Source of the DNA: Akkermansiaceae bacterium | GTDB lineage: Bacteria; Verrucomicrobiota; Verrucomicrobiia; Verrucomicrobiales; Akkermansiaceae | Assembly: GCA_043729385.1 (NCBI GenBank) | Contig: JAYTLO010000077.1 | Coordinates: forward strand, 1,305 to 65,304 | Direction of reading: 5' to 3' | DNA length: 64,000 bases | Shown: piece by piece, positions 19,495 to 29,085 of the stretch | Layout: each line of letters starts with the position of its first letter | Numbering within the stretch: the stretch's first letter is position 1 | The notes under the pieces: model-generated | Told to the model about the DNA's origin: nothing | The model's input: only the letters and a program-made list of their open reading frames with translations | Database searches by the model: none | Position numbers and translations under genes: made by a program

Positions 19495-20895
19495 TCACCC
19501 CCCCGCAGACTCGAGCGTGTAGCTGTCCTTGCCGTCCTTGACGAGCCAACCTTGTTCGGCGAGTTGGGCGCGGAGGGTGTCGGACTCGGCCCAGTTTTTG
19601 GCAAGGCGAGCTTGCCAGCGAGAATCGGCTAGAGCCGTGACGGCAGCGGGAATTTCGTGGGACTGCGTCAGCATTTCCTCCGGTAAGGTCAGGCCGAGGG
19701 CGCGGAGCAGGCGGTTGAATCCGGCGAGCGCGGCGGCGGCTTCGGTGCCAGTTAGGTTGGCGGACTCACGGAGACCGGTGAACATCCCACCAAGTGCGCC
19801 GGGGGTGTTGAGGTCGTTGTTCAGACTGTCCCACGCCGCTTGGAACGGGCCGAATCCGGCGCTGGCCAGGCGGGTGTCGGGCTCGATTTTCGCGGCGAGC
19901 TGACGGGCACCTTTGGCGAGTTTTGCAAGCGCCTCGTGAGCACCTGATAGTGAGTCCAGGGTGAAATTGAGCGGCTTGTGGTAGTGCGCGCCGATCAAGA
20001 CGTAGCGGACTTCCATCGCGGTGTGGCCACGGGCGGCGAGGTCTTCCAGCGTGTAGAGATTGCCGAGCGATTTGGACATTTTTCCGCCATCCACGAGGAG
20101 GTGGGCGATGTGGAACCAGTTCGCGGCGAAGTGGCCACCGCAGGCGCATTGGCTCTGGGCGATCTCGTTTTCGTGATGCGGGAAAACTAGATCGACGCCA
20201 CCGGAGTGGAGGTCGAAGGAATCGCCAAGATATTCCTGAATCATTGCCGAGCACTCGAGATGCCAGCCAGGACGGCCTTCGCCCCACGGCGAGGGCCAGA
20301 AGTTTTCACCGTCTTCGGGCTTGCGGGTTTTCCAGAGAACGAAGTCGGAGAGGCTGCCTTTTTCATATTCATCCGAGCTAGAGCGGGCGTTCTGGGTTTT
20401 TCCGAGATGGAGTTCGCGTTCGTCGAGACGGGACAGGCGACCGTAGCCGGGGAAGGAGGAAATTCTGAAATAGACAGAGCCGTCGTCCGAAGCGTAGGCG
20501 TTGCCCTTCTCGATGAGCGTCGCGATCATGGTGATCTGCTGCGGGATGTGATCGACGGCACCCGGCTCGATGTGCGGCGCGAGCAGCCCGAGTTTTTCGC
20601 AATCTGCGTGGAATTTCTCAGTCCAGCCGGCGGTGAATTGCTGGAGCGACTGGCCGGCTTTTTGGGAATCCCGGATGGTTTTGTCGTCCACGTCGGTGAT
20701 ATTGCGGACGTGCAAGGTCCGGGTGCCGCCAGTTTCAAGAGTCCGCCGGAAGACATCCTGCAGGACGAAGGTGCGGAAATTCCCGATGTGCGCCGGGCCA
20801 TAAACGGTGGGTCCGCAGCAGTAAAATCGGTAGGTGGAACCATCAATGGGTCGGAGCTCGTGCTCGGTCCGGGTCAGCGTGTCGAAAAGCCGCAT
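19495..20895 (-). CDS. cysS: Cysteine--tRNA ligase
   Basis: CGPTVY, HIGN, GRPGWHLECS, FPHHENE and KMSKS motifs. Start trimmed to MRLFDTL. Confidence 0.98.
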   Translation of the reverse strand: MRLFDTLTRTEHELRPIDGSTYRFYCCGPTVYGPAHIGNFRTFVLQDVFRRTLETGGTRTLHVRNITDVDDKTIRDSQKAGQSLQQFTAGWTEKFHADCEKLGLLAPHIEPGAVDHIPQQITMIATLIEKGNAYASDDGSVYFRISSFPGYGRLSRLDERELHLGKTQNARSSSDEYEKGSLSDFVLWKTRKPEDGENFWPSPWGEGRPGWHLECSAMIQEYLGDSFDLHSGGVDLVFPHHENEIAQSQCACGGHFAANWFHIAHLLVDGGKMSKSLGNLYTLEDLAARGHTAMEVRYVLIGAHYHKPLNFTLDSLSGAHEALAKLAKGARQLAAKIEPDTRLASAGFGPFQAAWDSLNNDLNTPGALGGMFTGLRESANLTGTEAAAALAGFNRLLRALGLTLPEEMLTQSHEIPAAVTALADSRWQARLAKNWAESDTLRAQLAEQGWLVKDGKDSYTLESAGG

Positions 20896-21314
20896 GGCGC
20901 GGTTTAGGCAGCGGCGAGCTGGGAGCCAAGGGTAAACCGAGAAACTCAGCGCGAACTGGGCGAGGCAGGTGGCTTCGGCAGAGCTTGGCTCGCCACCTCG
21001 ATATAGACCCACTCGGGGGCGCTGCCGGTGGCGATCACTTCCACGGGAACCCGGACGGTGGATTCCGCAAGCGTGGTGTTGGAAATTTGCCGGATCTCCG
21101 GGTTGGAGAACGCTGTGTCGGAATTTCGAAAAATCCACACTGCGACTCCTGGCGAACTCACCAACATTCCGAAGAATAGCCCCTTCATTTTTGAAAATCC
21201 GAACACGCGACGGAAAATTTAATCAGCTTTTTAAAACAATCAAGATATACGAAGTATTTTTATAAAACTAGAGGATTGGGTTTTCAACGGAAGCGACTTA
21301 AAATCCGCTCACAA

Positions 21315-21872
21315 ATGACGCGACCACATGACGAGCGGGTAAAACAAGTCGCCATCGGAGCAGGCATTTTGATAGCGCTGATGGTGGTGGTGACCGGGCT
21401 TCTGACGGGGTGGCGGTTGCTGCCGGGGCTGCTAGGTGAATGGGTTGGAACGATGATCGGCATCCTGACGACGCCATTTTTCATGGAAGCGTCCTTTATC
21501 ATCCTCGGCTTGGTGATCGTCATCGGCCTGAATCTCTGGCGTCAACACAAGGACGGCGACGAGTTTGTCTATCTTGAGCAAGTGGCCGGACCGGATGTCC
21601 CGAAGGATTTACCCGATCACGCGAAATGGGCGGTTTACCGCGAAAAGCCCTTGGAGAGGGAGGCACTGTCGGGTTTGGCGCTGGCGGAAGGAGCGTTTGC
21701 GATCGGTGACTACTCAACTGCCGCCGAATGCATCGGTGCGATGAACCGTGATGAACTCAAACAACCCGACACCCTCCGCCTGCGATTGGCATTGGCTGAG
21801 GCGACTGGAAGAGACGATTTGGTGGCGCAATTGCAGACTGAAATCCGTGTCTCAGAAGGGCCGGTGGCTTGA
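21315..21872 (+). CDS. Hypothetical membrane protein (2 TM helices plus helical C-terminus)
   Basis: Two hydrophobic segments; first gene of a co-directional run. Confidence 0.7.
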   Translation: MTRPHDERVKQVAIGAGILIALMVVVTGLLTGWRLLPGLLGEWVGTMIGILTTPFFMEASFIILGLVIVIGLNLWRQHKDGDEFVYLEQVAGPDVPKDLPDHAKWAVYREKPLEREALSGLALAEGAFAIGDYSTAAECIGAMNRDELKQPDTLRLRLALAEATGRDDLVAQLQTEIRVSEGPVA

Positions 21873-21937
21873 ACTTTTGAACACTACGCGATTTTTACCT
21901 TCAGGACAGCCGTCCAGCGGGTACAAATTCCGCACTT

Positions 21938-22276
21938 GTGACCAGCGACTCCGTTCCAATGAACCCGGCTAATTTTCGAAAGATGGCCCACGGCGACCCT
22001 GCGGGGCTGCGCGAGCTGGCATTCGACTATTTCAACGACACGCGTCGGCAGATGACTGCTTGGAAATCACTGATCGAAGCTGGAAATTTCAACCAAGTGC
22101 GAGCCAATCTCCATCGCTGCAAGGGAGGAGCCTCTATTTTCGGGCTGGAGCGGCTCGTTGCGCTGATCGGCCACCTCGAGAGTGTTTCCGCCCTCGAAGA
22201 GCGAGGGCTGGATTTTGTGACCTTCGAAATGGAACTCACGGCAGCCGAAAACGCAGTGGTCGCGATGACGGATTGA
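21938..22276 (+). CDS. Stand-alone Hpt phosphotransfer protein
   Basis: LHRCKGGASIFG matches the HxxKGxxxxxG Hpt motif. Confidence 0.8.
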   Translation: MTSDSVPMNPANFRKMAHGDPAGLRELAFDYFNDTRRQMTAWKSLIEAGNFNQVRANLHRCKGGASIFGLERLVALIGHLESVSALEERGLDFVTFEMELTAAENAVVAMTD

Positions 22277-22284
22277 TCCGCGCG

Positions 22285-22767
22285 ATGGCAGCCATGATTC
22301 AAGCCCCGGAAAAAGAGCTACGATTCACTCGCTCCGGGCAGGCGACTCTGTTTTGGGTGGCCGCGGCGGTGCTCTCCGCAGTGGGGATCACCCTGTTAGC
22401 GACCGCGATTTACCGGGACATCAATCCGCAACTGCCGCATCCGGCTTGGGCGTTGATGCCGTTTATTTCGGCAGGATGCATGGTCCGGCTGGCCGTGGGC
22501 CTGACGCGGCACGCTTATTTAATCCTGACCCCGCTGGGGATTGAAATTTTCCCGTTTTTTCGGGCGGCCGCAGGGATGCGCTTGGTGTTGTGGCAAGAGG
22601 TCAATCACGCGGAGGTCGATGAGAAATTGACGCGGCTCACGCTGCATCACGACGCCGAGAATTCCTCTGGGATTCATCTCTCGCTCACGCCGATTCGCGC
22701 GGACCGGCGGACCTTGCTTGCCAAAGCGGTCGTCGGGCGGCTATCACCGCCGGACACGAACGGATAA
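22285..22767 (+). CDS. Hypothetical membrane protein (2 TM helices plus small soluble domain)
   Basis: Start trimmed to MAAMIQ; two TM helices then YLILTPLGIEI...W.EV. Confidence 0.65.
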   Translation: MAAMIQAPEKELRFTRSGQATLFWVAAAVLSAVGITLLATAIYRDINPQLPHPAWALMPFISAGCMVRLAVGLTRHAYLILTPLGIEIFPFFRAAAGMRLVLWQEVNHAEVDEKLTRLTLHHDAENSSGIHLSLTPIRADRRTLLAKAVVGRLSPPDTNG

Positions 22768-22774
22768 AAATTTC

Positions 22775-23290
22775 ATGCGCCCCCATTCCCGACAAATCCT
22801 CACAGTGGAAGAAGCCTTTGGCCAAAATGGCTGGCATTGCGAACTCGTCGAGGGCCGTGAGGTGCTCCGCGCCGGCTTCGATGCCCACCACACGCGGGTC
22901 GATTTGATCGCGCAGGCGTTCCCGCAGTTGAACGCGCTGGTCATCGTTTCCGAGTCGCCGCTGAGCCTGGATGAAGAACACCTGGCGCCTGTCTTGGAAT
23001 TGTTAGCTCGCGCGAATAAGCAGCTCACGCTGGGCGGCTTCGAGTATGACCTGGATCGCGAGTTCCTCGTTTTCCGCATCACCAATTTGTTCGAACGTGA
23101 GAAATACGACGGCGACATCATTTCCTCAATGGTCCACTGCGCGATCGCCGAGCTGGACCGGATCACGCCGTATGCCGCCATCGTCCGCGACACGCCGGGA
23201 GATTTGCTAGACGACCTCGATCTCGCCCGCCTGCTGATGCGCGAGGACATTATCCCGCCCGTGCCCGGGGATGAGGAAGAGGAGTATTGA
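22775..23290 (+). CDS. YbjN/T3SS-chaperone-like domain protein
   Basis: ELLARANKQLTLGGFEYD pattern; small acidic protein. Confidence 0.7.
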   Translation: MRPHSRQILTVEEAFGQNGWHCELVEGREVLRAGFDAHHTRVDLIAQAFPQLNALVIVSESPLSLDEEHLAPVLELLARANKQLTLGGFEYDLDREFLVFRITNLFEREKYDGDIISSMVHCAIAELDRITPYAAIVRDTPGDLLDDLDLARLLMREDIIPPVPGDEEEEY

Positions 23291-23292
23291 TA

Positions 23293-23356
23293 GGGGGAAG
23301 GGACGTCCCGTCCCTTCGTTCTTCTCTTCAAAGCGAGGACGAGACGTCCCCGCCCC
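23293..23356. repeat. Degenerate REP-like inverted hairpin pair
   Basis: AGGGACGTCCCGTCCCT and AGGACGAGACGTCC share the CGTCCCG/CGAGACG loop cores of the 10629 element. Confidence 0.55.
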
Positions 23357-23404
23357 AAAATCATCGTGCTCGACGGGCCGGAGATGCCCATTTAATCCTC
23401 AGCG

Positions 23405-23968
23405 ATGAAGACACTCGCCCTGCTGAGCCTGCTAACTATTCCCGTCATCGCCCATGAATCCGACACTTGGGAATGGACCTTGGAAAGCGGCTACCTCTGG
23501 AACGTTGGCAACAACACGGAGATCGATTACGAAATCATCCCCACCCAACTGACCCTTCGTTCACCCGTCGCGTGGACCCTGTGGGAAGACGAGGCCGGCG
23601 CCAAGCTTGTCGTTAGAAACCGCTTTTCCGCCTTATTTGAAACGATCACGAAAGGCCCGGAAGACATCTATCTAGGACTCGCCGCCGCTCCCTCCATCGA
23701 GTATTGGTTTCCCTCGCAAAAAACCTCCGCGTTCTTCTCCATCGGCGGCGGCTTCGGCTGGACGAACAGCTCCGGCGGTGAACAAGGACTCGGCCAAGAC
23801 TTCACTTTCAACTGGTTCAGCCAACTCGGTCTGCGCCGGAAAATCACCGAAGATATCTTTATCCTCGGAGGCCTCTATTTCATCCACCACTCCAACCTCG
23901 GCCTCACCGATCCGAATCCGGGGATCGATGCGCTGGGTTTCACGCTGGGATGCAGTTGGAAGTTCTAA
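23405..23968 (+). CDS. PagL-like acyloxyacyl hydrolase (outer-membrane beta-barrel)
   Basis: Signal peptide; LGQDFTFN, HHSNLG and NPGID motifs; terminal Phe. Confidence 0.8.
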   Translation: MKTLALLSLLTIPVIAHESDTWEWTLESGYLWNVGNNTEIDYEIIPTQLTLRSPVAWTLWEDEAGAKLVVRNRFSALFETITKGPEDIYLGLAAAPSIEYWFPSQKTSAFFSIGGGFGWTNSSGGEQGLGQDFTFNWFSQLGLRRKITEDIFILGGLYFIHHSNLGLTDPNPGIDALGFTLGCSWKF

Positions 23969-24005
23969 CGGAGTCGGGCGATCCGCCGATACAGATGCTG
24001 ACCGT

Positions 24006-24596
24006 TCAACGCCTCTTCATGCCCTGAGGCATCCAGTCCTTACTCGCAGGAGTGATCTCCGGTTCAGTCGTAGCTGGAACAGCCGGAGCCGCTTCAGCCG
24101 CCGCGGGCTGAATGTCCTTGGACAGCGCGGCCACTTTTTCCAAGACCGCTTTTTCTCCCGGGAAGCCAACGAATCGAGCAACCTCCTTGCCGTCATTGAA
24201 AATCCTGACATCTGGAATCCCGTTGACGCCCTGCGCTTTTGCCAAGTCACGGTTCCTGTCCACATCCACCCGGCCAATATAAACCACTCCGGGATTCGCC
24301 TCGGTGGCTTTTTCCAAGACTGGTGCGAGCATCTTGCACGGGCCGCACCACGTGGCGGTGAAATCCACGATCGCTAGTGCGTTCTTGCGGGCAATGAACC
24401 CTGGATAGCTTGCCTGATCGATGTCCGAAAGTTGATCTCTGCTAAATGTTCCTTTTACAACAGGGGCTCCGGATTCTGTCTGCTTGTTTTGAGAGAGCTT
24501 CGACAAGGCCGTTTTCACCTTGTCGCAACTGGTCAGCGCTAAGGCAGCTGGAAGGAGAATGGTGGCCGTGAAAAGAAGTCGGACGTTCGCAGGCAT
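24006..24596 (-). CDS. Thioredoxin-family lipoprotein
   Basis: LTSC lipobox; DFTATWCGPCK active site. Confidence 0.9.
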   Translation of the reverse strand: MPANVRLLFTATILLPAALALTSCDKVKTALSKLSQNKQTESGAPVVKGTFSRDQLSDIDQASYPGFIARKNALAIVDFTATWCGPCKMLAPVLEKATEANPGVVYIGRVDVDRNRDLAKAQGVNGIPDVRIFNDGKEVARFVGFPGEKAVLEKVAALSKDIQPAAAEAAPAVPATTEPEITPASKDWMPQGMKRR

Positions 24597-24645
24597 GGGT
24601 GAATGATCGGAAGCTTTCATCGCGATTGCAACTCTGCGACCCACA

Positions 24646-26445
24646 TCAATCCCCGCTTTTCAGCACCTTGATGAAGGCGTCCTGCGGGATGTTCACCTTG
24701 CCGAAGAGTTTCATCTTCTTTTTGCCTTCCTTCTGCTTCTCCAACAGTTTCCGCTTCCGGGTGATATCGCCGCCGTAGCACTTGGCGGTGACGTTTTTGC
24801 GCATGGCAGAAATGGATTCGCGGGCGACGATCTTGCCACCGACGGCGGCTTGGATGGCGACGACGAAGAGGTGCGATGGGATGACGTCCTTGAGCTTTGC
24901 GGCGAGCGAGCGACCGTAACTCTCTGCTTTGTCGCGGTGGACGATGGTGGAAAATGCTTCGACGGGATCGCCAGCGATGAGCATGTCCATCTTGACCATT
25001 TTCGCAGCGCGGTAGCCGGAATGTTCATAGTCCATCGAGCCATAGCCGCGGGTCATTGACTTAAGGCGATCGTTGAAATCGACGAGGATCTCCGAGAGCG
25101 GCAGGACGCAGGAAAGCATCACCCGGGTGTCGTCGATGGTCTCGGTGTTAGTGACATCACCGCGTTTTTCTAACACGAGCTGCATCATATCGCCGATGTA
25201 TTCGCCGGGCACCATGATGAAGACATTCACGACCGGCTCGCGGATTTCCTGAATGCCTTGAGGGTCGGGGAAAAGCGTCGGGTTATCGACGATCATCTCG
25301 GTGCCGTCGGTCATCGAGACGTGATAGATCACCGATGGATAGGTGGAGATGACGTCCATGTCGAACTCGCGGCGCAGGCGCTCTTGGATGATCTCCATGT
25401 GCAGCAGCCCGAGGAAGCCACAACGGAAGCCAAAGCCAAGTGCCGTCGAGCTTTCCGACGCATAAGTGAATGCAGGGTCGTTGATCTGGAGCTTGCCCAT
25501 GGCGAGCTTGAGTGCTTCGTAATCCGAGGAATCCACCGGATAGATACCGGAAAAAACCATCGGCTGGATTTCCTTGTAGCCGGGAAGCGCCTCGGGGCAG
25601 GGGTGGGTGTTGTCGGTCATCGTGTCGCCGACTTTCACCTCACTTGCGGCTTTCATGTTAGCGATGACGTAGCCGACATCGCCCGCTGATAGTACTTCGC
25701 GGACGCTCATCTTCGGAGTGAAAACGCCGACTTCCTTGACCTCGTAAGTTTTCCCGGTGGCCATCAGCCGCACCCGCTGGCCTTTTCTAACGGTGCCGGA
25801 AAACACCCGGACGTAGGAGACCACGCCGCGGTAGGTGTCGTAGAGGGAATCGAAGACCGAGCAACGTAGTAGTTTGTCGGGATTCTCCACCGGCGCGGGC
25901 ACGCGGGCGACGATGGCCTCTAAAATTTCCTCAATGCCGATGCCGGCCTTCGCGGAGCATGGAATGCAGTCCTCGGCCGGGATGCAGAGGATTTCCTCAA
26001 GCTGCTTCTTGCACTTCGCCACATCCGCAGCGGGAAGGTCGATTTTGTTGAGGACAGGGATGATGAGCAAGTTTTGCTCGGTCGCGAGATGCAGGTTAGC
26101 GACCGTCTGAGCTTCGACGCCTTGCGCGGCGTCCACCATCAGGATCGCGCCTTCGCAAGCAGCGAGCGCGCGGGAGACTTCATAGGAGAAATCAACGTGG
26201 CCGGGCGTGTCTAGCAGGTTGAGCTTATAGGTTTTTCCATCCTTCGCCTTGTATTCCATGGCCACCGGGTGGGACTTGATGGTGATGCCTTTTTCCCGCT
26301 CGAGATCCATCGAGTCAAGCTGCTGGGCACTGCTCTCCCGCATCGTCACCGTGCTAGTCATCTCCATGAGTCGGTCTGACAGCGTGGTTTTCCCGTGGTC
26401 GATGTGGGCGATGATGGAGAAATTACGGGTCAGCTCGGTGGACAT
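24646..26445 (-). CDS. lepA: Elongation factor 4
   Basis: RNFSIIAHIDHGKTTL, GFRCGFLGLLH and KCYGGDITRKRKLLEKQKEGK motifs. Confidence 0.99.
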   Translation of the reverse strand: MSTELTRNFSIIAHIDHGKTTLSDRLMEMTSTVTMRESSAQQLDSMDLEREKGITIKSHPVAMEYKAKDGKTYKLNLLDTPGHVDFSYEVSRALAACEGAILMVDAAQGVEAQTVANLHLATEQNLLIIPVLNKIDLPAADVAKCKKQLEEILCIPAEDCIPCSAKAGIGIEEILEAIVARVPAPVENPDKLLRCSVFDSLYDTYRGVVSYVRVFSGTVRKGQRVRLMATGKTYEVKEVGVFTPKMSVREVLSAGDVGYVIANMKAASEVKVGDTMTDNTHPCPEALPGYKEIQPMVFSGIYPVDSSDYEALKLAMGKLQINDPAFTYASESSTALGFGFRCGFLGLLHMEIIQERLRREFDMDVISTYPSVIYHVSMTDGTEMIVDNPTLFPDPQGIQEIREPVVNVFIMVPGEYIGDMMQLVLEKRGDVTNTETIDDTRVMLSCVLPLSEILVDFNDRLKSMTRGYGSMDYEHSGYRAAKMVKMDMLIAGDPVEAFSTIVHRDKAESYGRSLAAKLKDVIPSHLFVVAIQAAVGGKIVARESISAMRKNVTAKCYGGDITRKRKLLEKQKEGKKKMKLFGKVNIPQDAFIKVLKSGD

Positions 26446-26525
26446 GGGCAAAGGGAAGTCGGCTTGGGCGGCGCGAGGGAAAGCAGGAAACCTACTACAA
26501 GGCACGAAAAATAGATTGAAGAGGA

Positions 26526-26615
26526 GTTGATGGTGGAAAGTTGATGGTTGATGGGAAGAAAAGAACGAGGCTGTTCCCTCCTCTTCCTACCAACTATCAA
26601 CAACGGACCATCAAC
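26526..26615. repeat. Intergenic inverted repeat with 7-bp periodic arms (GTTGATG type)
   Basis: GTTGATGGTGGAAAGTTGATGGTTGATGGGAAGA ... TCTTCCTACCAACTATCAACAACGGACCATCAAC. Confidence 0.8.
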
Positions 26616-26620
26616 ATTTC

Positions 26621-26860
26621 TCACCCGAGCCTCCGGCTGCGGCCTTTTTCGTTCACGGCTCCGCAAACCGGGCAATCGACGGTTCGGACGTGGCTGCTAT
26701 CCTCAAACGCGTGGAGGCAGAGTCGGCAAATCACCCGGTTAGCGAGCGAGCGTTTTTCCGTCCGGTTATGGAGCGCCCGGGAAATCACGGCAAACACCGG
26801 CACCAGCACGAAGCAGCCGAGCACCACGTAGAGCACGAAATCAGCGAGCGTCAGTTCCAT
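26621..26860 (-). CDS. Small TM + zinc-ribbon protein
   Basis: MELTLADF start, one TM helix, CRLC...CPVC. Confidence 0.7.
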   Translation of the reverse strand: MELTLADFVLYVVLGCFVLVPVFAVISRALHNRTEKRSLANRVICRLCLHAFEDSSHVRTVDCPVCGAVNEKGRSRRLG

Positions 26861-27632
26861 CGGCGGGTTGATTGGTGAATCCGATGCCCACGGCGATCCA
26901 ACGAAACGGCTTCCCAGGCTCCGGCTTGAAGGGAACCTGGTGCAGCCACGCTTCCAGCTCGGGCGCACGCGCCTCGCCGACTTTTTCCACGAGGGAAACG
27001 CATTCCGCCACGCCGCCGTCGGGTTTCAAGCGCAACAGAAACCGCCACGACGACGCGGACATTTCACCATCCACCACCCCGTCGAAGGGCGGCAAATCGA
27101 GCGGCAGAGTTTCCTGGGAAATGCCAGCTAGCGGATAAAGCGCGGGCGCCAGTTTGAGCTTCGCTAGCACCGGGCCGTCGGTCGATGCCGTGGTGCGTTG
27201 CGGAAAAAAAGACTGCCCCTTGGCCGCCAGTTCCAGCGATTGAAGCTGGTTTGCTGCGGGCAACTCGCGAATCGGTGACACGTAAGGCTCCGGCTGAAAA
27301 CGCGATGCCTCCATCGCGCTGGTCTCTAACTCCGCCAACCCTTCCCATTGTGACAACCGGAATCTCGCGGGAAATGGCCCACCTTCCTGCGCCCGCAGCG
27401 ACAGATCCCGGCCCTGAGCGTCGTCGCGCAGGTAAATCACCGCCGCCCGCTGCGGCACCGATTTTTCCGGAGCCACCACCCGGATTCGCACGGTCATCAA
27501 GAGCGCCAGCGCGACTGCGGCGAACGCCAAGGCGAGCAGTCTGGACAACCATTGCGGCTTGATCGGACGCCAGCGGAACACCAAATCCGGAGTGCCCGCC
27601 AGCTTAGGTCTGACCGCGCCGCTTGCCATCAC
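26841..27632 (-). CDS. TonB-like protein (TM anchor, Pro-rich linker, TonB-C-like domain)
   Basis: Overlaps the exbD stop; C-terminal FLLRLKPDGGVAECVSL...W...F.P resembles TonB_C. Confidence 0.55.
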   Translation of the reverse strand: MMASGAVRPKLAGTPDLVFRWRPIKPQWLSRLLALAFAAVALALLMTVRIRVVAPEKSVPQRAAVIYLRDDAQGRDLSLRAQEGGPFPARFRLSQWEGLAELETSAMEASRFQPEPYVSPIRELPAANQLQSLELAAKGQSFFPQRTTASTDGPVLAKLKLAPALYPLAGISQETLPLDLPPFDGVVDGEMSASSWRFLLRLKPDGGVAECVSLVEKVGEARAPELEAWLHQVPFKPEPGKPFRWIAVGIGFTNQPADGTDAR

Positions 27633-28081
27633 TTCTTCTTCGTTTTTGGAATTGGAACCACTTCAGCCGCCGGGTTTTTCCCGACCATGGCCAAGCGGAA
27701 TCCCTTGCCCAGCACCAGTTCCGTGACTTCTCGCTCCACCCCGACGGGCGTCCCAGCGTCGCTCTTGAGAAGCACGATCGTCTTCGCCGGCGCACCCGCT
27801 GCCCGCAGCGCGTCGAGCCGCTCGCCTAGCTCCGCCGCCGTCACCGAGTCCCGCCCCAGATGGATTCGCGGCCCTGGCTCGCTTGGCCCCAGCGTCACCA
27901 CCAGCGCGTCCTCATACCGCTCCATTTGAAACTTCGACGGCGGTAAATCCACCGCCACGCCCGATTGCAAAACTAGCGACGGGCCTAGTAGGAAAAACAA
28001 CAGCAGCAGCGCGAAAATATTCAGGATCGGCACCGCGTGCAAAAATCCCGGGCGCTCTGGCAACGTCATTTCCAGCTTCAT
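27629..28081 (-). CDS. ExbD/TolR-family protein (Asn at the conserved Asp position)
   Basis: VPILNIFALLLLFF TM helix, VDLP, LLKSDAGTP; coupled to exbB. Confidence 0.85.
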   Translation of the reverse strand: MKLEMTLPERPGFLHAVPILNIFALLLLFFLLGPSLVLQSGVAVDLPPSKFQMERYEDALVVTLGPSEPGPRIHLGRDSVTAAELGERLDALRAAGAPAKTIVLLKSDAGTPVGVEREVTELVLGKGFRLAMVGKNPAAEVVPIPKTKKK

Positions 28082-28782
28082 TTCACCGGTTTCGGTTTGG
28101 CCACCTTCTTGTGCCCCGTCGTTTCACCGCGAAATGGTGCGAACTCCTCCTCCTCACGCGCATCCGCGATGAGATGCACCATCTCGATGCCCGCTCGCTC
28201 CAGGCGGTGCACCAGCCGTTGCGCCCGCCCTAGGAAATACAGGTAAAATAGATACAGCGGCACCGCCACCGTCAGCCCCATGACCGATGTGATGAGCGCC
28301 GTGAAAACCCCAGCCGAGAGTTCCGCCGGGCCGGTGAAGCCGCCTTGCTCGCTGACTTTTTGAAACGTTTCGAGCATCCCCACCATCGTCCCTAACATCC
28401 CCACCAGCGGCGCCAGCAACGCCACACCCAGCACCGCCCGGATGTTTTTCTCGATCTTCGGCACCTCCAGTTGCCCCGCTTCCTGCACCACATCGCGCAA
28501 ATCCGCGCGGTTCAGATAATACCGCAGTAGCGCCGCATGGGCCACCCGCGCCACCGGTCCTGGTGCCCGCGCCGCCTCGTGCAGCGCCTCCGCAAACGCC
28601 CGCCGCCGGATGTGCTGCGACAGGCCGACTAGCAAATTCCCCACATTGATCCTCGCCCGGTGGAAGAAAAACAACCGCTCCACCACGCAAACCGTGCCGA
28701 TAAACGCCAACCCCAGCAGCACCCACACCAGCGGGCCGCCCTGCTCGATTAACCCGAAAGGTTCCATCAATCCCAAAATCAT
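28078..28782 (-). CDS. MotA/TolQ/ExbB proton channel protein
   Basis: QGGPLVW, VERL, APLVGMLGTMVGM and ALITSVMGLTVAVP. Start at 28782 or 28767. Confidence 0.92.
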   Translation of the reverse strand: MILGLMEPFGLIEQGGPLVWVLLGLAFIGTVCVVERLFFFHRARINVGNLLVGLSQHIRRRAFAEALHEAARAPGPVARVAHAALLRYYLNRADLRDVVQEAGQLEVPKIEKNIRAVLGVALLAPLVGMLGTMVGMLETFQKVSEQGGFTGPAELSAGVFTALITSVMGLTVAVPLYLFYLYFLGRAQRLVHRLERAGIEMVHLIADAREEEEFAPFRGETTGHKKVAKPKPVK

Positions 28783-28815
28783 CTGGCGCAACCTAATCTC
28801 CGAGCCGCACCGGTG

Positions 28816-28915
28816 GCTAGCACTCAAATCGCCGTTTCAGTTTTTCAACTTCTCAGTTTCTCCACACTTGCGGGCGCTGATAGCCGCCGCAGTGATGAAG
28901 CGGCTTCTCTAACTG
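28816..28915 (+). repeat. Inverted, order-permuted copy of two segments from the yqeY-pyrE junction
   Basis: 28816-28872 matches revcomp 14104-14160 at 46/57; 28884-28915 matches revcomp 14228-14259 at 30/32; both ungapped. Confidence 0.9.
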
Positions 28916-29085
28916 ATTCACTGCAGAACCCAAGTCATATGCCCTCCAGCCCTCCTACATCTCGCAGAACGGCAGGGCTGAGGATCTAACGTTCTTGGAG
29001 GTCAAATACGCAGTGAGCTGCGGCTGCTAGAAAATCAAGGGACGCTGGCCCGGGGGGCCGTTCGCGAGATTGTCAATCCGCCAAA

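Noticed and set aside
28610-28912. 100-aa plus-strand ORF as a real gene
   Set aside because: The first 60% is antisense to exbB and only the tail is explained by the duplicated segments, so it is reported as a repeat.
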